Positions 52,653-64,000 of a stretch of 64,000 bases of DNA are shown here, in pieces; position 1 is the first letter of the stretch; every line of letters begins with the position of its first letter. Under the pieces are notes generated by a model. The model saw only the letters and a list, made by a program, of their open reading frames with translations. It had not been told where the DNA came from and ran no database searches. The position numbers and the translations under genes are program-made. The stretch lies in NCBI GenBank assembly GCA_964304625.1, contig OZ199839.1:3710724-3774723 (forward strand). The letters run 5' to 3'. The DNA is from Kudoa neothunni. Lineage: Eukaryota; Animalia; Cnidaria.

Positions 52653-54116
52653 ATGGTTTCCAATAAAAGGGGTAGGTCAAACAAGAAAAAGGGCTGGAAA
52701 AAAGTCCAGATAAATGATGTCGACGATTTTCTGTATACAGAGTCGTTAAAGGCACCTATTTCGACAATAAATCAGTCCAACATTGAAAGTTTATACGAAA
52801 TATCCACATTGCCCAGTTCCATCCAGATTAAAAACAGTATCACTCACAATTTGTTTGAGTCGAATTATTATAAATATAAAGAAAACACTTTCGCAAGTTA
52901 TTCTTACAATGCGTTGAAACAAATAGCCCCCAATTCCTACGGCACATTGTCTCAAAATTACCTTTCATCCGAAGATGAATGCCCTAATATTATACAAAAA
53001 ATGCCTAATAAATATCGTCCAACTGAAAATACGCGTGACAGTGTGTTTGTATCGGAAGATATTTGGGCCAGTTGTAGCGGTACATCGAAACGAGCGAATA
53101 AAGTACGTTAGAGCATTTAGTCTCTAGATTTTTGACATTTATATGTAAATGCTTGTGTAGACTAAAAAAAGTTTACCAGAATTCAAACCCCATCCGCCAG
53201 CTTCAGGTTTATCGTACAATCCAGATTTCAAAGAATATGAAGTGATTTGGTTGCTTGTTCAATGCTCGAATTTTAGTTTATATTAGAAATATGTGAATAA
53301 TGCCGCAAGTTTTGATCTACTGAAAGATAAAAAGTTTGAAAATTCCAAGGTTGCTTTAATTTGCTAAAATCTATTTGTTCAACGTGTGTTAGAACAAGTC
53401 GTCGAAAAATTATTCACAATACAACAACTCTGGGAATGATATGAATACTTTTGTGATAGCCATGGCGGGAGATTACCATGTTCCCGATGAGAATGACAGC
53501 ACTCAGAATGAACCAATTGTGGTACCTATTATGCCGAATAGAATGAAAGCCAAATCCAAGAAAGAAAAGATTCGTAAAAGGATACAAAAAAAGAAAACAG
53601 ACGAACAACTGAGATTGAATAGTATTGAAAAAAATCAACGAAAAGATGTTCATCATTTGAAATCAATACAATCGTTGGTAAGCGCGAATGAAAAAGCCCT
53701 AGCTGTCCGTCAAAAACTGCGTCAAAGGAAAATTAATATTCGTGAAAAACAAGAGTTACTCAAAAAGTTTTTAAATTTGTGTTTTTTTTGGCTAAATTTT
53801 TAATTAGAACTCTTCCACCTGTCTCTGAAATCCCTCTCCCAGAAGAACTCACTGGTTGCCTTAGAACTGTTACGGTAATTAATTTTAGGTTACTTTGATT
53901 GATAAAAAACTTATATTAGCCTACCATGTCAATTTTGGATAACAAATCTCAACATATACGTGCTTCGAAACTGATTGTAAAACGAAAGAAAAAGTATCGA
54001 ACTTTTAAAAGACTGATTTAATTGAGATTTTTTGTAATATTTTTAGGGCATTGAAAAGGTCTTCACTAAGAAAAGTGTACAGCTTGCCAAACAAGATAAT
54101 GCAAGATTTGAATTAG
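52653..54116 (+). CDS. NOP53: Ribosome biogenesis protein NOP53 (GLTSCR2/PICT1), multi-exon
   Basis: N-terminal RGRSNKKKGWKK.....VDDFL, EDIWA, GLSYNPDFKEY (GxSYNP), basic KKEKIRKR region, and C-terminal LPEELTGCLRTV/PTMSIL (EL.xSLR.LKP). 3' end approximate. Confidence 0.85.
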
Positions 54117-56029
54117 ATTATTATATTTATAGACTAGATAATTCAATATTGTAGTTATTTTTTTATATAAATGCGTGCAATATAAACGATGAACTAAAAG
54201 TTATCTGTTTTAAATTTGACTGGGAGCTTAATAAGAAACCACGTTAACTAAATTAATTTCATTCGTGATAGCATAGAACTGAGGATGAATAGATGAAATA
54301 CAATGGATAATCGATTTTACGCATGTACATAATAATTATCTGTCCCCCTTTTTGGAGTTTAGAGGAAAAGTAGATGTTTTTTTTATTTAAATAATATAAA
54401 AGAATATATATATATATATGTATATGTATATATTCTACAACAGACAAAAAACCAAGTGATACTAAGTTTCAATTTTTGAAAAAATCAATAATTTCGGTTT
54501 GTCATATTGTGGCCCACCGTGACATATACAAATCAATTTCCAATCCTAACAATGATCGGAAACGATCTAAACTATTTTTAAATTAAGGAGAAAATTTTGT
54601 TCTTTTTTCGAGGAGGCCATTTAGAATCGCTATGTTTGATATGTTGAAATGTCTCACTGTAACTATCTTAACGTTTATTTAAGGAGAATTTCCGAAGTAT
54701 TTTATTATTTACAGTCTTTTATTCGAACCAAAATTATCGTTACGTTTAATATATTTGTATATATAAACTTTGGAAGCATTTAGAGTTATAATTAAATAAT
54801 TTTTTCGCTCTAAATAAGCTTATCATGAGTCAACATTGTTAATATTGTGATCTGTCGATAGATTATATTTATAGGCAACGAATTTAGCAGTCAATAATTA
54901 TTCATGGTGCATCATTTTCTCACTCTAATTAGATTTCAGAAATATTGTATATAAGAAGTTGTTATTTGCTATATTATTCAGTAATCTGTTTAAGATAGTT
55001 TTAATATTAAAAACAGGGGAAAATAATTTCTTCGTAATTAATGTCAAAAAAAAGTGATAATTGTAAAGCCTTTATTAATTTAAACATGCATCATTTGCGT
55101 GTCTTTTTCTTACTGATTTTTTCATTGTTTTTTAATAAAAAATTTTTAAGGTTATAATTTCAGCTTCAAGAAATTACTTCTAAATCTTGATCAAATCCCA
55201 CTTCGAGCAAAATCGTTTCCACGAATAATCCTTCTTTTGATTGCAAAAAGTTGCGAATTCCCTTAGTCTTTACATATTTTAAAACATTCGTTACTTAAAA
55301 TCGTTTACATTATTTTTTCATTAAGAAATGAACATATGTATTAGTGTCGCGTTTTGTTTATCGCGTGGAATTTCAAATTGAAGAAATTAAGCTTTAAAAA
55401 CGATGATGATTTTTTTTCTTGTTAGCGATTATGAAAAGTATTTTGAATATTTTCTATGCTAAATATTACCTAAAAGATTTCAAATCGTTGCGACAATTTC
55501 AAAAATTTCAATTGTTTCATTCTATGAAAGCAGAAAATAAATGTTATCGGAACAACAACTGAACAATTTTCGTTTGACAGAATTAATATGGATTATTTTT
55601 TCAGATAAAAAATGGAAAAATTGGAAGTTTAACTTAGATTTCTGTTCTTAAAAATAATAGATGAAAAATATGTACAATATTTTACCGTTAATGCATGGAT
55701 GAGACCATTTAACTATTACTAGAAAGGAAAAATTAAATAATCTTATAATTTCAATATGTTGGAAAAAATTCGGGAGACTCTCCTAATCACCATTCGATAA
55801 AATAAATAAAATTGGTGGCGAGTATTTCATCAGGTAAATTAATAAATGTTTTCTCCATGGAAGAAGTAAAAATAAAGGGGTTCGCTATCTAAAAGGAGAA
55901 GTATGGAAAGCGCCCTCAAATTAAAGACTTTAAAAGTAAAATAATAAAACCTGACGTTAACCTCGTTATTTGTATGGCATATTTCTTATACGTAATAGTT
56001 ATTAGTAATGGAAGTGTTAGAGGATATTT

Positions 56030-56470
56030 TCCTCAATAAGTTGAATATGTTGATGAATCATTTGACAGTATTTTATGAAGTCATTACTCCATTAAATAAT
56101 GCAAAGAGATACTGTGCTAAGAAGATAAAAGTATGATGGAAGGGCCGAAAATCTCTCGATTTTTAGAATGGGTCAATATAAATTTGACGATATGAGGAAC
56201 GTAACACTCGTAGAAAAAGAAAATTGAGCGATGCATTTACCCATCATCGAGAGGGAAATTCAAATGGGTCATGCATATCCAGTGACGAGTGGCCCACGCA
56301 AAATAGAATAGGTGATCATGTTAACAACCATAACTCAAAAGTTTATTTTCAGAATAATACAAACACAACAATTACCATAGATGGATGTTGAGGGGAGCTA
56401 AAAACCAAATTTCTCGGCATAAAAAGGAGGTATCATTCTCAAACCTTGAGGAATACCTGTGAGAAGAACG
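56030..56470 (+). pseudogene. Merlin/IS1595 (ISXO2-like) transposase remnant
   Basis: VEYVDES, LPIIEREI, SDEWP and TIDGC*GELK appear in the order of ISXO2-like DDE motifs (VEIDES, SDxW, TNTIEGxW); multiple frameshifts. Confidence 0.65.
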
Positions 56471-58179
56471 TTACATATTCAATTTGGACGAAGAAATAAA
56501 TTTAATCAACAAATTTGTAAAAATATTCCATCTTCTTTTTATTATATCATTACAAATAAATTTTTGGAAATATTCGAGGTTTAGTCTTTTTATTTTTAAA
56601 AAATCGAAGTTAATATTAATGGTTACAACAAAGCATTTCCTGAATGACATTAAAGAAAAATTAAAAAAATAAATCGTTTATATAAACAAATAATTAAACG
56701 CGTGTGTACAAACTTAGAAAATAGATCGACGAGTAATTCCTTTTAAAAAAACTATCGTAGAGAATAAGTAATATTATAAAAATTTTTCATTTACGTTCGT
56801 TGATAAGGTAATTTATAAACATAGGCAACGACTAAATGGCAATATAACTCAAAGAATCTTTAATCCTTTTATGGCACTTGAATTATATATTCATATTTTC
56901 GACTAATATATCGTATTTTTATAAATTTAGTTACTAAAAAGCTCATAGAAATGTATTTTTAATATATATTAGATTTATTTACAAACCTTTTAAATTATCA
57001 ATTCTATTTGGGGATAATTTTTACACTTCACTTTTTTATTTACGATAAATCTAATAGATATCAATTTTTACAACTGTATTTCACACGAATTCTTCCATAA
57101 AATTTTGTCTATTCAATATAAATATAAAAGAAAAATACAAAAACTAAATATTTTATTTTTAAGAAATAAATTATAATAAAATTAATATTTAAATTTTAGA
57201 GATATGTATAAATTGATTTAAGCAGTTTGCATATATAACTGCAATAAATAGAGGACTTAGATTCACTTGTTGGTCAAATGGTTATGTTAAAACATCATGA
57301 AAATAATTCTAAGTAGCGATTGTGTTAAAATATAAGAAGAATAACGAAATTCTCAAGTTATTGCAAACAAAAAAGAGATTACACTTGGGAACGATTTACC
57401 TCGAAGTAGGACTTGGTAAAAATTTATAAGTAGTCTTGAGGCTGAATTTTTACATCCTAAATTTATTTATTTTTTTAAAAATAATCGTGTAAAAATCAGC
57501 GAATAAAATGCGCAAAAGTGTGTTTTCAAGTATCACAAGTTTGATAATTACCAAATTTATATCCTACTTCTTTATTTCATTAATTAGTTGTTAAAACAAG
57601 TGACATCAAAAGATGGCAGAAATTTATTTCCAACTCACTCTCGGTATTTAAATATGCCGATTTTGACAGTCCTATCATTATGACATGTCCTCTCCTTTTA
57701 GAGAAGTTAAAATAACTAAAAATTTTTATATATTGATCTTTAATGTAGAATTAAGGCATTTCAATCTATTGTTTTTTAGATTATCCTAATAGTGTTTTAC
57801 TATACCCAATGAAATGATCCATGTATTGTGTCATTATCAATTCAAACGTTCATTGGGGATGCAAGCCAATTAATTCAGCGATCCTGACTTGAGGTAAATT
57901 TCGTAGAAGTCAGCGGCAACAACTTAAAAATATAAATAATATTAAACTATATTTATTATAGTTGGGTTGTCTCACCACATTGGCAGATTAATTTACAGAA
58001 ATTTTTGGAATACGCACGTAATGTATTTCAACCTCAGAATTCGTTTCAATAATCCCCTCTAAGACTAATTTCAGAATGATAAAATGTTAAAGGAAATATG
58101 CAAAACTTAGAAGGGAAAAATAAAAAAAGGGTCAGTCATACAACAATTGTCACATAAAATAATATAAAGCGAATAATGG

Positions 58180-58728
58180 TTATATATCCTCTTTCAGAAT
58201 ATACATTGGATAGTCGAAATTCCACTTGATGGAGAGACATTTGTTAACAACAGCTAACAGATTAGGGTTTTCCATGGCAGCTGCAATTCGTTCCTTATCA
58301 TTGAGTTGTTTATTGATTTCGCTTTCTGAGACATGCGTACCAGGTTCGATTTTGATGGAAACCTAAATAAAATCATTAATCACCCTAATAAAAAACACAC
58401 TAAAGACTTTGAATTCTCTGGGGATACTTCTCAATAACATCACTTTGATACAAAGACCGATAACGGTTGCCATACTACAATGGGGAATAGTGGGAGTGTA
58501 TTGTACATTAATTCTTTTTGAATCGTTGTTAACATCGATAAGTTGTTTCTTGACAACATTTAGCTCCTCGAGGGTGGTATCGGTGTGTTCGGGATCGTAG
58601 ATATCACAGATGAGTTCAAAAATCTCTTGTGCATCGATAGGATCATCGATCATATTATTCAACTCATTCTCTGTTGGGATGCATCGATGTGGAGATTTTT
58701 CATGCAATACAGGTGCTTCGTTAAGCAT
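58180..58728 (-). CDS. CIAO2B: Cytosolic iron-sulfur assembly component 2B (MIP18/FAM96B); intron 58407-58363
   Basis: [52 protein letters not shown] / [31 protein letters not shown]. Confidence 0.93.
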
Positions 58729-58835
58729 TTTTTTCAACAGCAAAGTTAAAATTGTTCGCTCTTTATATGCGCAAGCGCGTATTTCTTTAGTATAGTCATA
58801 TATCTTGTGAAGTGTCTAACCCTCCACGCGATTCA
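58729..58835. promoter_or_regulatory. Putative bidirectional promoter between CIAO2B and GTF3C3
   Basis: 107 bp between divergent ATGs; contains NRF1-like TGCGCAAGCGCG at ~58768. Confidence 0.55.
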
Positions 58836-61800
58836 ATGAGTAAAATTATTAGATGTAAAGCAAGATGAGAATTTTTTTCTAAACAGATGAAGACATCAAT
58901 TTGTATGATTCTGATAAGGATGACCCAGACTATGTGTATTATTCGAGTGATTCTGGTGATGAATTGCCAGATTCAATCCAGCAGGATTCTTTACCGACTG
59001 AACCCATCAACTACAGCCATTTCAGCTATCAAGATTTTAGCATACCAGAACAAATTTTGCCGCTAACTGGAGACGACAGTGATTTTTGTTACGGTGCTGA
59101 TAGATACACTGAACTTTCGAGTATTGGGTTCGAAGCTATGAAGGAATCGTGTGATTTTTTCAACTCACTCATTGATCAAAATGATGAATTACATAAGACC
59201 CAAGATAAAAGTACGCACAGAATGGAGTATAATTGAACAATGTTAATGTTTTAGTGACCATTCGTGGTGGTCTCAAGAGTAAAAGTGATCAGAAACCACC
59301 CAAAAGAAATATTATCTACCCTTATGCATTCTACAAAAAATCCAAACGAAGACAACCTCCGAAAACCAAAATAAGCTCCGAGTTACAAGGATCTGTTGGT
59401 CAGGCTAACATTTTAGCAGCTCAGGGAAATCATAAAGATGCTGTGGAAATGTGTCTTAAATTGATTGAATCTTGTATTTGGTTAATGTAATGTTTGTACT
59501 GGATGAACGATTTAGCACCAACTGCGTGGGAACCGCTCCACACATTGGCCTTTGTTTATAAGGAGTCTGGCGATCAAACCAAATATTTGGAATATTTGTT
59601 AGCTTGCGCTCAAATAAAGAAAAATGACTGTCAACTTTGGGGACAATTGGGTAGAGAATTTTTCCAGCTCGAACGTTCAGAATGGGCAAAAGCTTGCTAC
59701 GAAAGAGCTGTTCGTTGTAAAGTATTATATATCCCTTTGGTTTGGGAATGGATATGCATTAACTACAAAAGTGGTTACATTCTGGCAGCTGGTAATATTG
59801 TGTTCCGGTTCCTTCGCGTAATGCCATTTACGTTTACGATTACATGTGGTGATCGTGTGTCATAGTTAACTTTTAACATTAACTTATAATGAATAATTAA
59901 TCAATCAATCAATCAATCGATGCATTGTAACTGTAATTGTACCGGATGTGTACGCAGTTAGTAATCATCGTCACTACAACTCTCCTAAATCCGCTGTTTC
60001 AAATTAAATAATAAATACTTTAATTAGATTTGTAAATTAATTTGCGCGATTTTTTTCTTGTTAATTAACCTTGTATATGAGATGAAGGACTTTATTGGTT
60101 GTAATATAAAGAGCTATTGACCCACTTATGTCAATATTTAGTTGTCCGCTGAAACAATACTTGTAATGACTATTTATTTATAAACTTATAATTATCCGAA
60201 TTAGACTTATCAAAACAAATATCGTTTTGAACGACACACCACCCCCTAATCTACATTAATATCGATTTAATAATAGAATTTAATTGAATGTTTAGTATAC
60301 GGATTCGAAATTCTATGAAAGCATCTTTTCCATAATAAAGCTATTAATCCCAGTATTCAACTCATTTAATGAGATGTGAAATGAACAATTATATTTAGCT
60401 ATACACAAAATCGAAACAAGAGTCTAAATTGCTGGCTAATCTGCAATGTTTATTGCCTCATCTTTACCCTCAAGTTAATGTTCATGGTAATGTTATGTGA
60501 TTTTTGTCATTTTATTTTATTGATAATGTTTTAGTTTTTGAAACCTATTTAAAATTATACGCCACCAATAAAAATTATCTAATGATTTACAATGTGAATC
60601 CAATTGTGTGTATTGTTTGGAGATTATTTGTTGGATTAGGAAGTAATTCAATGTTTTCATATTCCATTATCGACGGCCTTGTATGATGAAGACAACAAAT
60701 TAGATATCGATCTGTAAGATGAGCATGAATATTTATTTAGTATATGTGTTTCTCATACACACACACACACACACACACATTAACATCATATATTATATTA
60801 AATTTTTAATAAATAGGTGTGAGACATTGAAACAGATGGAAACGGATGGCACACTAAGTCAACTGATTAGTGTGTTGGATATCCTACCATCGAATATCCT
60901 AGTATTGTTTGCAGTTTGTTCGCTCAATTTGTTCCCTAATCCTTATATTGTTACGGTATAATAAACCACCTAGAATTAGAGAGTTAGAAATTGGTGGATT
61001 TATGTCGTAATTAGTGTATTAATAATGGATTAGTTTTTTATGGATATAATAATGAAATCCCCTAAATCGGATTGTGCCTTCACACTCATCAACGTCCTCT
61101 ATAGACAAGGCTACAGTAGAGATTGCTTGGATTATTTCAATTATGTTTCCGATAATGCGATGGCACTGGCGGTTAAAGACGACCCAAATATTTCCTTAGA
61201 AAACGACCACGTATAAATAATCTTTAATGATTATTTGTCGAATGGCTTATTGGATTAGTTTTATGGTTGGCTCAATGTGGCCGAATGTTATTGGAGGCTG
61301 AATAACGATCAAAGCATCAATGTTGCGTTTTCCATCTACATTGAACTTTTGGACAAATTGCGATATATGCAGGAATCGAGGGTTCCTCAATATTATTACG
61401 TATATTTGATTGCCACGGTTGGCTACCTCAGATTTTCAAAGTTACAACAAGCTTACGATCAAATCGAATGTATTTCGGATTAAATGCTAATCAATAAATA
61501 TTTCTTATTTTATGCCATTTATAGATTATCTTAACCAAGAAATCTCACTGAAACATAACACCTACATCGTTGATTTCGCATCAAATGTAGTTTTAATTTA
61601 GCATCCAAATATAATTAAGCTGGTTTATATTTAAGTTGATCGAGGATATATTTAAATCGCATAAACACAAAATTATGACCGAAGATACGATTAACGAAGA
61701 ATTTATTCGTAGCGCGTTGTTATTACTATGGATAAATCGTTATGATGGTAAGAAAATTGTTTATTCAATAAAATTGCAATTATTTTCTAGCGGATACAAT

Positions 61801-61840
61801 TGAACAACGCCTTCCCGTGTTGCTACAGTCATTAGGAAAG
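58836..61840 (+). CDS. GTF3C3: General transcription factor IIIC subunit 3 (Tfc4/tau131, TPR protein); multi-exon, 3' end not found in window
   Basis: Acidic N-terminus, then KTKISSELQGSVGQANI.AAQG...AVEMCLKLI / APTAWEPLHTLA.VY..GD...AQIKKND...W......AKACYERA, matching GTF3C3 TPR1-3 (LRGLMGEANI...APLAYEPFSTLA). Further short exons extend to ~61840. Confidence 0.82.
60757..60779 (+). repeat. (AC)n microsatellite in a GTF3C3 intron
   Basis: About 11 AC units. Confidence 0.9.
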
Positions 61841-62406
61841 GTAATTTTATTAAACGAGTATTTACGGCAATGGTTATTGGTGTGAGATAATTATTTTAAA
61901 TTCTTAACATTAATTATGTAGTCACGTGTAGGCGATGCGATTATTGCTCAATTATGTTAATTTTAATCTTCGACTTTTAAAATTCTTCGGCGCTTATTTT
62001 TTCGGAATATCATCAGACGATACTTAATTTAAGTGCTTGTCCGTCTTTTTAAACCAAATCCCATGTTATTTTTTATGACAGATATGTTAGAATAGACCAT
62101 CTAATCTTTCGCGAGTCGTAACGTAACCTAAATGAGAAATATTTGATGTTGACAGTCGACATCGCGCACGCGCGAAGCACATTTAGGATTAAATTTTTAC
62201 GATTCAGTAGAGAGTTTATTAGTTATTGGAAGACAGTATTCGATAAACTGACGTTTTGTGCCGAAGATGGTCCTACCTGTCATTTCTCTTATTTTTGAAT
62301 ATGTTGAAGTATGAATACTAATGTATTAAAGTTGAAATATTAGCTCAATAAGTACAAATAACATAAGAGCTATACAGAAAATATTATTTAACAAAGTTCA
62401 GAGGAG

Positions 62407-63988
62407 GGTAATGGTATATTGTGTGACTCCGAAAATTCACCATGACAGCGCGTTTTTCGCTTTAATTTTTCACGGCTATTTTATACGTGAAAAAAGAATA
62501 CGTAGCGATGGAAACCCAAATCAACATAATTGGTTAAAAATCGCAATATTTTCCGTGTTATAATCACCCTTTTGTTAAATCAGGCTGGTTTATGAAACAA
62601 TGATTGCCAGTTCTTTTTAATAATAGATATCAGTTTCTCCATATTCTAAGGCTGAGAATGTTCTAAAATATTTTATTCTACTTTCCAAAAAAATATGTCT
62701 GGATTATAATAACGTATTTGGTGCTTATAAGTAATCCTAAATCATGGCACCGCAAGAAATTAAGGACGATGATCATTTTTGAAGATTATAAATTATTTAC
62801 TATCCTGTTTTGTTTTCTAAACAAATTACCTGTTAATAAGTCACAAAGACATGAGTTGTGATTATTGTATGAGCTCCAACTCGTTTCGATTATGTGTGCG
62901 CCAACCAAGTTTCACACGGCTCATAAAACCAACAGCTATATTATAAGAAAGAAATAACAATAACTATCATCCTGAACATTTGTGAAAAAATGATATCACT
63001 TATTTATCTACCAACGTATTAAATTCAGTTCTTCTTGCAAGCTCAAATTTAGCCTTGTAAGATTTGTTCTTTTGCCATATTCATTGTCTTATTTCTCTTC
63101 GGGGTTTAAACTTAAACAAATATGCGATATATTTTCAAATTGATTAAATATACCCCTCTATTCGTAAATATTGGAAATCGTCACATTAATTTTATATTGT
63201 TGAAATTAAATTATGCTGAATGGTTTGTTAATTCTAGATTTATGTGAGTTGGTTTAATTTATTTTCAACAGGAATAAAGAAATATATTGTCAATAATGAC
63301 ATGTTCATAAAAAATTAATAAATTATTTAAAGCTAAAAATAAAAAATTGATGTAATATGCCCTCTTAATAAATGAAATGAGTATTCGACGTCGCTAAAAC
63401 GTTATACTAATATTTAAATTACTAGTGCATTTAATTTTCCAAACGTAAATTCTATATGAAAACGAAAGCACCATGTTAATTGAGTAAAACCGAAAAATAA
63501 AATTGTGTTTTGGCATAGGAAACAAAATATACACGTAATCAAAATTTATAGAGGTTAAAAATAATAATGAAAGTATAACTTCTTAAAAAATATAGAGATT
63601 TAAACAGAATAATATTGTAATCGTTAATATAAAATTTAACGTTAATATTCGTTTTAAAAATCGATCTTATTATTCACTGGTTTAAAATCTGTATTGCAAG
63701 ATAAATTAACCATAAAAAACTTATTATACTAGATTCTGACTAAAATGGTCATCCTTACGGCTTCAACCATTTATAAAGGAGACTTGATTCTTCGACCAAA
63801 CATTAACCAACTTAATTTGATAAAAGGAAGATTATAACACGAATAATATTGCAATTTGAACTAGTTATTTTGATTTGGGTTTCCATCGCTCCATATTATT
63901 TTTTCATGTATAAAATAACCGTGAAAAAATTAAAGCGAAAAACGCGCTGTCATGGTGAATTTTCGGAGTCACACAATATACTATTACC
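62407..63988. mobile_element. Non-autonomous Merlin-like DNA transposon
   Basis: About 90+ bp of near-perfect TIR starting GGTAATGGTATATTGTGTGACTCCGAAAATTCACCATGACAGCGCG; GGTAA terminus fits the Merlin GGNRM consensus; 8-bp TSD CAGAGGAG / TAGAGGAG. Confidence 0.85.
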
Positions 63989-64000
63989 TAGAGGAGCGAA

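Noticed and set aside
1-64000. CRISPR arrays, prokaryotic operons, rRNA genes, alternative genetic code
   Set aside because: No repeat-spacer arrays or rRNA-like sequence seen. Genes are intron-containing and eukaryotic. In-frame stops occur only in introns or decayed transposons (apart from the RALGAPB frameshift), so the standard code suffices.

Overview
AT-rich eukaryotic nuclear DNA from a fast-evolving animal with very short GT-AG introns (mostly ~30-60 nt). A reduced parasitic metazoan such as a myxozoan or orthonectid is plausible, but the taxon cannot be proven from this window. It contains nine protein-coding genes: RALGAPB, a small spliced orphan with a DFGDW motif, cytoplasmic dynein intermediate chain, calcipressin/RCAN, an adducin-like gene, DIS3, NOP53, CIAO2B and GTF3C3. 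Eight of these sit in head-to-head pairs. Spacers are filled with decayed and nested DNA transposons (Tc1/IS630-like, pogo/Tigger, hAT, Merlin, possible piggyBac), tRNA-derived SINE-like repeats and a probable gypsy remnant. Most notable: (1) DIS3 has an apparently dead PIN endonuclease site and an intact RNB site, and shares an 85-bp divergent promoter with its functional partner NOP53, whose Mtr4-binding AIM also looks degenerate; (2) a Tigger-like transposase family carries a spliceosomal intron at a shared position; (3) RALGAPB has a +1 frameshift; (4) there are several structured-RNA candidates. Family assignments come from motif recognition by eye; no database searches were run.
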